Positions 11,405 through 22,759 of a stretch of DNA of 64,000 nucleotides are shown here, piece after piece. This stretch comes from Anthoceros angustus (lineage: Eukaryota; Plantae; Anthocerotophyta), in assembly GCA_010909165.1 (NCBI GenBank), contig MU008214.1, forward strand, positions 197,905 to 261,904. The letters run 5' to 3'. Numbering within the stretch: position 1 is the first letter of the stretch; each line of letters opens with the position of its first letter. The notes below the pieces were generated by a model that made no database searches, was not told the origin of the DNA, and saw only the letters and a list, made by a program, of their open reading frames with translations. The translations under genes and the position numbers were made by a program.

Positions 11405-12330
11405 GTGCCACGGCGAAGAGGGCACCCCCCGGGGTCCCCTTATCTCATGTTGTTGCCGAGTCAGGCACGGATACCCCTTCGGTAGATGGCCCATGTTGAA
11501 AGTAGAGGTTAGATGGAGAACCATAAAAAGAGCGGACAAATGGAATAAGACTTGCCAATTGCCTGCCCGCATCCTTGAGCTCCGTAAAAATAGCCATCCT
11601 AAAGACAGTGTTGAAAGCGTTCGACGTCCATTTGGAGGGCGACCCAATCTGGATGAGACTCCAAAACCGCCTCGACTCTAAACGCCGCCGACTCACAGCC
11701 CCCTAGAGTGGCAATCCCAGATTGATGGGGGCAAAGGTGCTCTTGGAACTGCCCCCGGAGTTGAATGGCAATGCTGCGGCTTATGAGGCGCAAGAACTCC
11801 TCCCGAACGGCGATAGGGCACACCTGTATTGGCTTCTCCAAAGCGATTCTACCGCACCCAACACATGAGAAACGGTGGGGTCACTCCGCAACGAGCGCCG
11901 CTAGAATAAAAGCTCGAAAAACCACTAGAAGGATCCTGAGCAAATAATCCCGAAGGTGGTCATAGACCGCCATGCACCACAAGAAAGCCGTGGTGCAGGG
12001 CCTGGTCAAGACCGCCTTGTCAAGACAAAAGGCTCCTCCACCACGTAATCTAGGATATCCAAGGAATGAGGTCACATGGGCCGGATGAAGGCGCGAGAGT
12101 AGCAATGGTCTCCTGAGGCTAGCGCCATCGCCTTTGGGCGAAGAGCCTGTAGCCCGGCATATTCCCTAGCACGGCCAAAGATGAGGCATCTCAAGTCACG
12201 CCTTGGTGGGGTCTGGACGGACGTGATCCACCTTACGACTCCCTAGACCTCCGACGCCCCTTGCCTCCCTCCCCTCTGCAGCCTCCCATTCCCCGGCCGA
12301 ACTGACAGACAGTGCAGCCACCTCCTATGT
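11400..12330 (-). mobile_element. CRE-like non-LTR retrotransposon 5'/reverse transcriptase fragment
   Basis: CPIAVREEFLRLISR..PHQSGIATLGGCES, NAFNTVFR..IPFVRSFYG and a degenerate RQGDPLGGALF; frameshifted. Confidence 0.75.
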
Positions 12331-12372
12331 CCTAAAAGACCACTGAGGCTAAGACACCGAGGAGAAAGAGAA

Positions 12373-12482
12373 ACAAAGTCCAAGCCACCTCGTCACAAAG
12401 TCCAAGCCACCTCGTCACAAAGTCCAAGCCACCTCGTCACAAAGTCCAAGCCACCTCGTCACAAAGTCCAAGCCACCTCGTC
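12373..12482. repeat. 22 bp minisatellite x5 (ACAAAGTCCAAGCCACCTCGTC)
   Basis: Five perfect tandem copies. Confidence 0.95.
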
Positions 12483-12660
12483 CCCGGGATTGAACGTGAG
12501 GCTCTCCATGGGAAGCCGATAGGCAAGGCGAACGTCGTCATGAAGGTGGCTCACAAGACGCTGAAAAAGGTGGGTTCCCTAGAAAACATGCTTCGTATAA
12601 GAAGAAGAAGAAGAAGAATTTTATTTAAGTCCACTAAGGACATATGATCCGACTGCAAAC

Positions 12661-12952
12661 GCAACCACTCGCGCGCTCGAGGACAGACACAGGAAACAAG
12701 CGCAACCACTCGCGCGGAAACAAGCGCAACCACTCGCGCGGAAACAAGCGCAACCACTCGCGCGGAAACAAGCGCAACCACTGCGCGGAAACAAGCGCAA
12801 CCACTGCGCGGAAACAAGCGCAACCACTCGCGCGGAAACAAGCGCAACCACTCGCGCGGAAACAAGCGCAACCACTCGCGCGGAAACAAGCGCAACCACT
12901 CGCGCGGAAACAAGCGCAACCACTCGCGCGCTCGAGGACAGACACAGGAAAC
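12661..12952. repeat. 24 bp minisatellite (CAAGCGCAACCACTCGCGCGGAAA), ~10 units, bracketed by 37 bp direct repeats
   Basis: Two units lack one C. GCAACCACTCGCGCGCTCGAGGACAGACACAGGAAAC occurs at both ends. Confidence 0.95.
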
Positions 12953-13732
12953 CTAGGCCCGACAGGGCCGAAAACCCTCCACCCGGGCCCCGCCACCTCG
13001 TCAGTCCCCGGCCCCGCCTTGGCGCAACCGGGCCCCACCGTGCCACACCCGGGCCCGTCCGTCGCGGCGCGCCCGCCGAGGCCGTGGGGCCCGAGCGTCC
13101 GCATAGGACGGGCCGTACCTGGGGGCCCGGGGGAACTAGCTAAAGCAGGCCGGAAAGGGCACGCAGTCCCGCGCCTGGTTTTCGATCCCAAATTTTGAGT
13201 CACGTATCACGTCTCAAGACCTCCCACCTCTCACTCGTTTCAGCGTTTTGTTGCCGACACTCTCCCCCCGGTTCAATGAGGCTGTTTAAGTCTGTTTGGG
13301 ATTTGCCAAGCATGGTAGGAAGCAGGTGGATGAGGTGGCCAGGCTAAGAATTTTAGCTTATTGGTCCAGAAATGAGGGAGAAATAACGATTTTTCAGTCG
13401 GAACGACTAAATTCGAGTCGTTCCGTCGTGGTGGGGTTAACGAGACGCAGGCGAGATCCTCGAGCAGGGAGCCTGGACAAAAGCTTTGTAGTGTACGGAG
13501 GCATGCAGGAGTGTGGCTCTCCTGCAACATAATACTTTCTGTAGGCCGCCCAATGGTGACGTGCCTTTGTATCGATCTCCGGTGAGCTTCATCCTGAGCC
13601 CTTCAATCGGATGCCGTTGGCTGGTATGGATTACCTGAAGGCTATACTAGTATTTCAGGAGTGCAAGACGTACAGCAGATGGGAATCTCGGGTCTTGCTT
13701 TTGTGTGAAAGGCTAGCCCAGTTTTTAGGAGT

Positions 13733-14300
13733 GCGTGGTGCACAGAGTTGATTCCAGGAAGTAGTCACCCAGGTGGAGCTTTGGCAGGATGGACAATTCT
13801 GAATCCGAGGACGAGGCACCTGAGTCCTGATGGACGGGGGGAATCGAGGCAAGCTTGTCGGATCCCTGTGCAACCGCTTTGGATCTGGGTTGTGGTGCCA
13901 GCAGTTTACAGGAATACTAGTGCGTGGTGCAGAGTAACTCAGATTCCAGGAAATGGGCACCCTGAAGGAAGAGCTTCGATCGGAAGGTTGGCCATTTGGA
14001 CCTAAGACGAGGAACCGGAGTCCTGACGGACGGTGGGGAATCGGGACAGGCTTGTTGGATCCCTCGGCAACCGCTTTGGATCTGGGTTGTGGTGCCAGCA
14101 GTTTATAGGAGTGCGTGGTGCAGAGTAACTCAGATTCCAGGAAATGGGCACCCTGGAGGCAGAGCTCCGGAAGTATGGGCAATTGCAATTCGGAATCCGA
14201 AGACGAGGAACCTGAGTCCGGACGTACGGACGGGAGGGAGGCAAGCTTGTCGGATCCCTCGGCAGCCGCTTCGGATCTGGGTTATGGTGCCTGGAGCCTG
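13733..14300. repeat. diverged ~190 bp tandem repeat x3 upstream of the P450
   Basis: GTGCGTGGTGCA..ATTCCAGGAA..GCTTGTCGGATCCC..GGATCTGGGTT recurs at ~13733, ~13921 and ~14111. Confidence 0.85.
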
Positions 14301-14455
14301 CGGCTGGTGGATCCGGATCCGAAGTTTACTGCGCGTACAAGAGCCTGCGGGAGCCAGGCAATGTGCAGGGAGGCAGGCTCAGCCAGCTGAAGGCAGCAGC
14401 CATACGTTCCAATTCAACAATTCCGACTGCAGGAAGGTCTGCTAAGCAGCAAGCG

Positions 14456-16357
14456 ATGACAATGGTGGAGGAAGTGACAATGGCCGTGGTGGTGGTGCTG
14501 GCAGCGCTGCCCCTGTGGTTGCTGTGGTGCAGGAGCGTGAGGCTGTGGGGGAAGAAGCTGCCGCCGGGATCCCTGGGCTGGCCGCTCATCGGTGAGACGC
14601 TGCAGCTGCGCAGATGCCTGCTGGCCGGGGACGCGGACGCCTTCTGCCGCCAGCGCCGCAAGCAGCACGGCAGCGTGTACAAGACGCACCTCTTCGGCAG
14701 CCCGTGCGTGATGGTGAGCGGGGCCGACGCGGTGAAGCTCCTGGCCACGTCCGAGGACTCGCTGGTGGAGTCCAACCAGCTGCTGTCCATCCGCAGGCTG
14801 CTGGGCAAGGAGTCCATCGCCAACGTGGTGGGCCACAAGCACAAGCTCTTCCGCCGCGTGCTCAACGACAAGTTCATGGGCGACGAGCTCAAGAAGTTCC
14901 TGGGCCGGGTGGAGGCGGTGGCGCTGGAGCAGGTGTCAGCGTGGCGGCCCGGCCAGGTGCGCGCCATGGAGGAGGAGGCCACCCACTTCACCTACAACAT
15001 CATCGCCGGGCTGGCCGTGAGCTGGGGCCCCGGCCACCCGTTCCGCGAGCCCAGCTTGGAGCTGGCCAAGGTCATGGCCGCCTCCCTGGTGGAAGTGCCA
15101 CTGGAGTGGCCCGGATTCCCCTTCCGCCGAGGCATGCAGGCCAGGCGCAGCCTGGACCGCATGTTCGCCACCGAAGTGAGCCAGCGCAGGAGCGGCCAGA
15201 TTGTGCGAGACGACTTGCTCGCGGAAATGATGAGAGCCACAGATGCCTCCTCCCAGCTCCTCTTCACCGACGAGCAACTCAAGGACAACCTGCACACGCT
15301 CGTCATGGGCGGCCACGACACCAGCACCAACACCCTCACCTGGATCGCCAAGCTCCTCTCCGAGAACCCACATTGCTACCATCGATTGCTGGTGAGCTCT
15401 GCGCAGCTGTGGCACATTCCAACAAAAACAAAAGCTTAGGTCGTTCCTCGTCTCACGACTCACTCACTGAATTGCATTGCAGGGCGAACATGAGGAAATC
15501 AGGAGCAGCAAGGTTGCAGGCCAGCCGCTGCAATGGGAAGATGTGAAGAAGATGACTTACACCACCACCGTGCGCATCCGACCTAACCTTCTGTGAACTT
15601 GTCTACAACCTGGAATTACTACCTAGAGATTTCCTTGACAACAACAACACCATCATCTGCCTGCAGGTGATCCAGGAGGCTCTTCGGATATCAAGTATAG
15701 TTTTCTTCTTCCAAAGACGGGTGAAACAAGACTTCAAGCTGAATGGTGATCAGCCCTGAATCTCTTCATCTACTGTCCTTTTGCAACCAGCAGCGTAGGA
15801 GTTCAAAAACGAACGTTGTGGGCTTGGCTTTTTCTTCCAGGATACGACATTCCCCAGGGCTGGAACGTGGTTGTTGACACTCATGAGCTGCATCACGACG
15901 CCCAGAACTATCTGAATCCAAACACATTCGATCCGACTCGCTTTGATGTTAGTCTGAATTTGACGAGTTTCTTCCTTTGGAGCATGAAATGCGTGTTATT
16001 ATGCTACTAATGGATGAGTTTGTGAAAACGGAGCAGAAGCGGCCCAAGCCTCACACCTTCATGCCGTTCGGGGTGGGGCCAAGGATGTGCCTCGGGAAGG
16101 ATATGGCCATGCTGCAGATGTGCATCTTCCTGCATCACATGGTGCTCAACTGCAAGTGCGTACTGACCTTGTTGCTCCTCTGGAAAACGTTACCGACCGC
16201 ACTGCAATCTTGGCTGATTCTGCTGCTAATCAAATGTTTGTCCAGCAGATGGACAGTCACTCATAACGACAACCTCCGAGAATATCGTGGCGGACCGCAC
16301 ATCAAGAACGGCGTGCCGTTCAGAGTGGATGCCGTCACAAAAACCACTTACTTGTAA
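14456..16357 (+). CDS. cytochrome P450, CYP85 clan (CYP716-like); exons 14456-15391, 15483-15569, 15667-15745, 15841-15947, 16037-16155, 16249-16357
   Basis: N-terminal anchor plus LPPGSLGWPLIGETL; I-helix GGHDTS; EALR (ExxR); FDPTRF; heme motif FGVGPRMCLG. All five introns are GT-AG and splice in frame. Confidence 0.93.
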
Positions 16358-16468
16358 AGCCCCTGCGTGTTGCCACCACATGAACCGCATTCCAGCATTT
16401 CTTGTACGTTTCCACAATACATACAGAGAAGTGAGGATCTGTTCATTTCATACAACAGCCTTGGGATC

Positions 16469-18700
16469 CTACAACAACGGTGTTGGACTGTGGCGGCGGA
16501 AAGACACTGTGCGGGAATGCCTGGTTGTCGACCAACGCTCGTCTGTCCGGCAAACTTGGTACTGACTCAAGTCAGTCAGCTCAACTCCTACCCACCCTTC
16601 CAAACTCCACCTTCTCCAGCCGGAAACTCTTGCTGGATTGTTGCTAGGCACATCCTGTTCCAAGAGAAATAGCAAGCTTCCCAATCTATCATTAAAAATG
16701 AAGTGTTGCTGTATACATAGACTTCTTCCACAGTCCCGGGCACAGCATGCTTCACTTTGCTGAATGACATGTTGATATTACCTTGTCCTCAGTGTGAGGG
16801 TCCTCATCATCACTAGTTTCTGGGGATGGATGCAGGCCCCAAGTGAAAATCGGATGCCCACAAATACCACCGTCCTGCAACACTCCAAAACATGTTGGCA
16901 GCATCAGTTGCCAGCTGCTTAGTTCAGTATAAATGGGGAATAGACCAAACCAAGACAATATCTGCAACTTCATCTTTGTCCATGGCAGTCACTCGCACCG
17001 CTTCTCCTATGAGGATATACTCTAGGACGGAACCAGTGGCCCGCATATGGGAAGTCCAGTCCACTAGCATTGGCTGCCGCAGTACATCACAAAAGCCATG
17101 AGAGACTGGGTTGATGATTCGGGGGACCTCAAACTCCAGAGTAGAGAACAAGGTTACCATCCATGAAGCAATGACCATTTGAGGCTTGGCCCTCGTGATG
17201 GCCTCTGTGGCTTCCTCTTTCCTGACTGTTGCACCCTCCAGGCCCCTCGACCCACTATCTGTCGCCGTCAAGTGAATGGCTGCAGCACATGTGTCCTTGA
17301 AGACCACGAACTTGGTGAGGCTGACAAGCCCAAACAGACAGTATTGAACAAGCAAAACGAAAGGCCCTTGTTTACAAAGTAATGGGACCACTGCAAGCGA
17401 AAGGAAAAGGGACAAGTGAGTACGAATTACTGCTTTCTCCAGCTGACGGAGAAGCAACCCCAAGTGGTAGTTTAGACGACCGCTGCCTGCTCCAACCTAG
17501 CACAAACCTCGAGAGCATGCACCTCATTGCTTGGAAAAGGGATTGAAGGAGGACGATGATGGAATCCCAAATTGCTTCCTTTGGCAAGTACCTCCAGCAC
17601 CTCCATCACGGAGAGCCCATAGATCTTTGCCCTGCTCCTGCCAGACAAAAGGGAAACGAATGCAGTGCAGGTGATGAAGGCAAAGAGAGCAACATGCATT
17701 CAAACAGAGGGTAGGAAGCAAACCTTATATACTGCGCCAGCCCTAGCAGATGCTCTCGAGTGAAGACTTCGTATTGTGGGTCACCTGAGTAAGGCGCTTT
17801 AGCGCCCACAAATGAATGCCAATCAGAGCAGCCATGACAATCGCAGCGTAGCGAGCCCCCTTCACCGATCTGAGCACGATAAAGGAGGTCAGCAACCGGG
17901 AACTCAGGCAGCAACAGGTGCACCGACCACGTAGTCCCATCATCTAACCACCGACCTGGATATCACATGCTGGAGAACCAATGCCGAAGAGGGAGAAGCG
18001 GCGCACAAGGTCATCGTAGGACGGCAGAGGTTGGAAGGGGTCCATGGTGTCCCACAGACGAAAGAATCGTTTGGCGACAAAACTGTAGGGACGAACACTA
18101 CGGACAAGTTGCAGAAGTGCTCGACAGATTCATATCGCCCAAGCTGGTGACTAATTTAGAGCCATGCAGCAGCACTGACAGTAGCACCGCAGTGCAGGAC
18201 AGTACACTGACAAGTGCAGGGCGGTGCAGCAGGGCAGGGCACCCTGACCGAAATGACAAGTGGTGTTATGTTCTCCAGCTGCAGGACTCAGGATGCCTTT
18301 GATCGTGTTAACCCTAGACTACATTTTAGTCGCGCAGACCATGTGCATAGCAAAGAGGAGCTCCTGTTCAAAGGCTGCATACATTCTGGTTGTTGGTTGG
18401 TAGGTGGAAGGACAGGGGCGGTGGGCCGTTAGATTAATGGATAGCATGATAGGGTAATGACTGCGCAAGGAATCCAAATCCAGCATCTCTCAGCTGCCTC
18501 TCGCAGGATCTCTCACCTGGGCTGTCTGTCGGAAGGTGGGTTGCAAGCAGCACATGCCATGGGTGCAGTCTTCGCAGTAGCAGTATGTACCTTTCTGGGT
18601 GTACTAGTGCTCCACTAATGAGAATTGAGAATCGGGATCCACAACCGTGAAGGTAATCTCCCACAGGCAGATGTTTCATGCGCAATGGTCAAACCCAGCA
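16469..18700 (-). CDS. multi-exon uncharacterised class I SAM-dependent methyltransferase-like protein; 5' end uncertain (may extend to ~19570)
   Basis: Spliced pieces LPEFPVADLLYRAQIG/DPQYEVFTREHLLGLAQYI; EVLE/VGAGSGRL (motif I); AKPQMVIASWM; DWTSHMRATGSVLEYILIGEA/DGGICGHPIFTWG; LSQYQVCRTDE..HSRTVSFRR, with GT-AG boundaries. Confidence 0.7.
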
Positions 18701-20054
18701 CGAAACACGAATACTGGGCAACCTTGGACGGTGGGCCTAGCTTTGTGATTATGTAAGTGGCAACAGAAATTGGAGGCCAGCCCAACGCTGGGCCCAGCTT
18801 GCAAGCAACAGGACAGCTCTGCCTGACACCATTCTTATTTCCTCACCTTACTTGTGTCTTGACAAATGTGCATACTGTTGCTTACGAGCTTGCAAGTTGC
18901 AAGCTTGACTTGCTATGCTGCACCGGTTGTTGCAGCACCAACCAGGGGGGAAGGACTTGGAGAGAGCAGTAGCATTCCCGTGATCAAGCAGGAGTGGATC
19001 CAACCGTCCTCGCTACTGACACTCTCGAAAAGTACCCTCCGAGTTAAGTACCACAACCTTTCAGCTGTCACTTCGAGTGGCGTCACATCGGCAGCTGTGT
19101 GCATCTTCATCGGAAGCAGCACCTCTGCTGAGGCTTTCATCCTCCAACGCTGCTTGCTTTGCGCGGGCCAGGTGATGTACAGGCTACACCCGTCATGATC
19201 TGGCCATGCATGACATCACTTCCTCCGAAGCCTCTAGATCTGGCACCCCGGAGCACCATTGCTGAGAGAGAGGCTGGCAGCTCCGGCTGGCAGGCTGGTC
19301 CAGGCCCAGGAGTACTTAGTACTCAGGAGACCAGTCTCTGTGGATGAGCGCAGACTGCCCACAAGTCATCTTTGAGCTGGCTCTCTCTTTGGCTGGGACG
19401 GACATCATCCACACGGCCTCCGTTTGCGTGTAGTAAACCCTGATGCATCATTTGTGCGGAGCTCTCCCAGGACCCTATCTCTTTTCCCCTCCAAGGACCC
19501 TGACAGGACTTGGACCCTACATCGAGCCCCTTTCTCCGTCTTCGCTGACAGGACTTTCTCCCTAGTAGCATACTACTACTGAAAGGCGTGCAAAGCGGAG
19601 AATGTGTGGGCAGCTCTTGACAGCCCCCATAGTCTACCTGTATCGTTCACTGATTTCCAGAGCGTTGAGGCGATGCGTACAGTTTTCCGGAGAAAAGTGA
19701 AACCGAACGTCAGGTGGCACGAAATTTTGCGAGCTCCAGACCTTTCCAGCATCATGCAATCACGACCTGCACTTGACCACAACCAAGGTCTGTCCTCGGG
19801 GATCACGAACCTATGATGGGTTTGCTCTGGCCCTTGTCGTGAAACAGTCACGGTGTGGATGCAGTGTCGGGCGGCCCTCACCCTGTGTGTATTGCTCTCC
19901 AGCTTGTCCAGGAGCGAAATTGCTGCATCCCCTTGTCTCACATTGCATCTATTTGCTGCTGCTGATGAGCCTGCTGGTGGAGTGTGGGAATCTGTGGAGG
20001 AGGAGTGAGAACACGAGGAGTGCACCACCTTTGTGAGGCAAGGTGAACAGGACC

Positions 20055-22097
20055 ATGATGGTGAAGGTACAAAAGAAAAGGCAGGCATTCCCCAGCAGCT
20101 GGTGCACCTGGATGGTGGCATTTGTATGCTGCTGCAGCGTGCAAGTTGCCAGGGTGAGCCCGGACCCGATTCCAGCACCGGACTTCGCAACCTGCGAGGA
20201 TGATCCCACCATTCCCAAGTGCTGCCCTCCCGTGCCCCCGAACGGGAGCGGGAGCAGCAAGCGTTTCGTCAATCCCACAGCGTCCACGCTGCCGCTGCGC
20301 ACCCGGATGCCAGCCCACCAGCTCGATTCCGCAACGGTCGCCAAGCTCAACCGGGCGTACAAGCTCATGCGGGCCCTGCCCTCCACCGATCCCCGCAGCT
20401 TAGAGCAGCAGCGCAGGATGCACTGCGCCTACTGCTGCGCGCTCTTTCCGCAGGTGTGGGATGTGGATTACGCCGGGGACAGCATCCCCGCGGCCCTGCA
20501 AATCCATTTCGGCTGGCTTCTCTTCCCCTGGCATCGCTGGTTCCTCTACTTCCACGAGCGGATTCTGGCGTCCCTGGTGGGCGACAACACTCTGGCTCTG
20601 CCATTCTGGAATTGGAGCAACCAGGCCCAATCCCAGTCCCAGTCCCCCGCTGCTATGCCCGCCGCCTACCAGACCCCAGGATCCAGCCTGTACGATGCCA
20701 AGAGGAGCCCGGCTCACCAGCCTCCTGCAATCGCCAACCTCACTTTCAATGCAGGCAAGCGACCCATCAAAGCGCAGATCAACACCCCGCAGCTCGTCCA
20801 GGAAAATTTGAATCTCATGCACCAGGTACGATTAGGTAGTCTCCGATGCAAGCTTTGCAATGCCATCCGAGCTCCAATCTCTCTAATCTCCCTTCCTGCG
20901 CAGATAATGGTGAGCGCGCCAACCACACGCGCCATTTTCTTCGGGCAGCCTTACCGGCTGGGGGCTCAGCTCCTGCCGGGCGCGGGTCCCGGGCAGGGAA
21001 TTGTGGAGTCCACAGTGCACAACAGCATCCACGACTGGACGGGAAACGAGAAGAACCCAGACTATGAGGACATGGGAGCGTTCTTCGTCTCCGGAATCGA
21101 CCCCATTTTCTATGCCCATCACGGCGAGATTGATAGATTGTGGAACGTGTGGAAAAGCCTGGGAGGAAAGGACCTGGATGATCCAGATTATCTCAACACC
21201 GAGTTCCTCTTCTACGATGAAACCGCCCAGCTGGTGAAGGTCACCGTGGGGCAGAGCTTGGACAGCGTCAGTCAGCTTCGATACACCTATCAATCCGTAA
21301 GCTTCGTTCCGCTTTTCCTGTCTCAAGACTCTGCAGGTCCAATCCGGCTAGATTCAGGAAAGCTAGCTCAAGGCACTGCATTTGCAATTGCACACTGGCT
21401 CTGGCTAGGTACTCACAAAGCCTGCAATTGCTTGCAGGTGGCTGCAGATGCCAACTGGCTCAACCATGCGGCTACCTCTTGCGCATCAGCTGGCGGTGCC
21501 GATCTCTCCGCTACATTATTGCAATCGGTGCCCATGTACAAGAAAAAGACGGTGAGAATCAACACAGACGCACCATTCACTGCTCGCTTTCAAAGGCCTG
21601 ATCCAGCATCCACACAGCAGCTGTCAGGTATACCTCTAATGCTTCCCTTCGTAGCAATGTGCCCAACATCAACCCACTTCACACTTCACAGCTCTCCCCT
21701 CTCGTCCGCCTATCTGCACCTTCTAACAGTAGTGATATGTGCACCAGCAGATGATGGGCAGCAAGGAGGAGCATCTGCGGAGGTTCTCATCTTCGATGGG
21801 GTCAAAGTGAACTGGAAGCAATCAGCCCAATTCAAGGTGTTCGTAAACCTGCCCACTGCATCTGCGGCCACGTCTGTAGCCTGTGCCGAGTTCCTGGGTA
21901 TTTTCTCCAACATAGCCAACAACGCACCGGCGGACAGTGACAAGATTTCCTTCAGATTAGGGATAGGCAACAAGCTGAAGCAACTGAGAGCAGAGTCTTT
22001 GCTGGCTGTGGTGATCACTGTGGTTCCGGGAGTGCAGCATACTTCTGCATCTCCGATTGTCATCGACACGATCAGAGTGGCCTTCGAGCAAGTCTAA
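20055..22097 (+). CDS. PPO: polyphenol oxidase (type-3 copper) with introns 20826-20903, 21297-21437 and 21628-21747/21750
   Basis: CuA HCAYC..LQIHFGWLLFPWHRWFLYFHERIL; CuB HNSIHDWTG..EDMGAF..DPIFYAHHGEIDRLW; DWL-type region; C-terminal FKVFVN (KFDV-like). Confidence 0.95.
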   Translation: MMVKVQKKRQAFPSSWCTWMVAFVCCCSVQVARVSPDPIPAPDFATCEDDPTIPKCCPPVPPNGSGSSKRFVNPTASTLPLRTRMPAHQLDSATVAKLNRAYKLMRALPSTDPRSLEQQRRMHCAYCCALFPQVWDVDYAGDSIPAALQIHFGWLLFPWHRWFLYFHERILASLVGDNTLALPFWNWSNQAQSQSQSPAAMPAAYQTPGSSLYDAKRSPAHQPPAIANLTFNAGKRPIKAQINTPQLVQENLNLMHQVRLGSLRCKLCNAIRAPISLISLPAQIMVSAPTTRAIFFGQPYRLGAQLLPGAGPGQGIVESTVHNSIHDWTGNEKNPDYEDMGAFFVSGIDPIFYAHHGEIDRLWNVWKSLGGKDLDDPDYLNTEFLFYDETAQLVKVTVGQSLDSVSQLRYTYQSVSFVPLFLSQDSAGPIRLDSGKLAQGTAFAIAHWLWLGTHKACNCLQVAADANWLNHAATSCASAGGADLSATLLQSVPMYKKKTVRINTDAPFTARFQRPDPASTQQLSGIPLMLPFVAMCPTSTHFTLHSSPLSSAYLHLLTVVICAPADDGQQGGASAEVLIFDGVKVNWKQSAQFKVFVNLPTASAATSVACAEFLGIFSNIANNAPADSDKISFRLGIGNKLKQLRAESLLAVVITVVPGVQHTSASPIVIDTIRVAFEQV

Positions 22098-22276
22098 CAC
22101 CGCTTCCTTTGCCTCTACAGTCTAACATGACGGTTGTGGCTTTTGCTTCTTTCGACAGTACCATCATTAGTGCATACTGCATGGTGCATAGGGTAACGGT
22201 CTAATAGTTGCTAGACCTAATAACTACCAAAACGGTCTCTGTCCTCCTACAAACACCTCTGTAGGCCAGTAAGGTT

Positions 22277-22400
22277 TTTTTATTGGGGGAAAAAAATTGA
22301 TGGGAAAAGCCCATCCGGCAGAAGACAACCAAGGGAGACCCTGAGGGTCGCGGAAGCAGGTACTACAGCTAGCTTTCTGCAGCAGCATCCGATTCGGGCA
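22277..22400 (-). mobile_element. 3' tail of a CRE-like retrotransposon
   Basis: Minus strand reads GGTTGTC..GGATGGGCTTTTCCCATC-T [20 protein letters not shown], homologous to the tails at 28316, 28971 and 30783 that follow RLE-coding sequence. Confidence 0.65.
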
Positions 22401-22759
22401 TTACAATGGGTGGTGCCTGCACCAAGAGCAAGGACTACCGAGCTTACTGATAATTGCAGGGCATTTTGGCAAATATGAGAAGCCATCTGCAGTCACGGTG
22501 CTTCATTCAGTTAGATTCGATGTCGTAGATAACTACTTTGCTGCCTTCTAATCAGCAGCTGATTAGAAGTGCTTCGCCTGATTTTCGACGAAACTGCCGC
22601 CGACTTGTAGTCTAGGGCTTCGCCAGGTTTACCCAAAGGGTTTTGCCGGAGCTCACATATTTTGGTTTTGCCTGGTCTCCTTAGGGGACGCTGTGAGCAT
22701 CCCTGCTAGGTTTTCCCTTAAGGCGCTGCAGTGCCACAGCAGTCCTCTGAATTTGCGAG

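Noticed and set aside
12480-12530. B-box-like GTTCAATCCC on the minus strand
   Set aside because: No upstream A box or tRNA fold.
12373-12952. 22 and 24 bp arrays as CRISPR, and the RKQAQPLA-repeat ORFs as proteins
   Set aside because: The repeats are contiguous with no unique spacers, there are no cas genes, and the context is eukaryotic. The ORFs arise from repeat periodicity.
14414-15546. Long alternative-frame and antisense ORFs over the P450 (310, 175, 142 aa)
   Set aside because: These are shadows of high-GC3 coding sequence.
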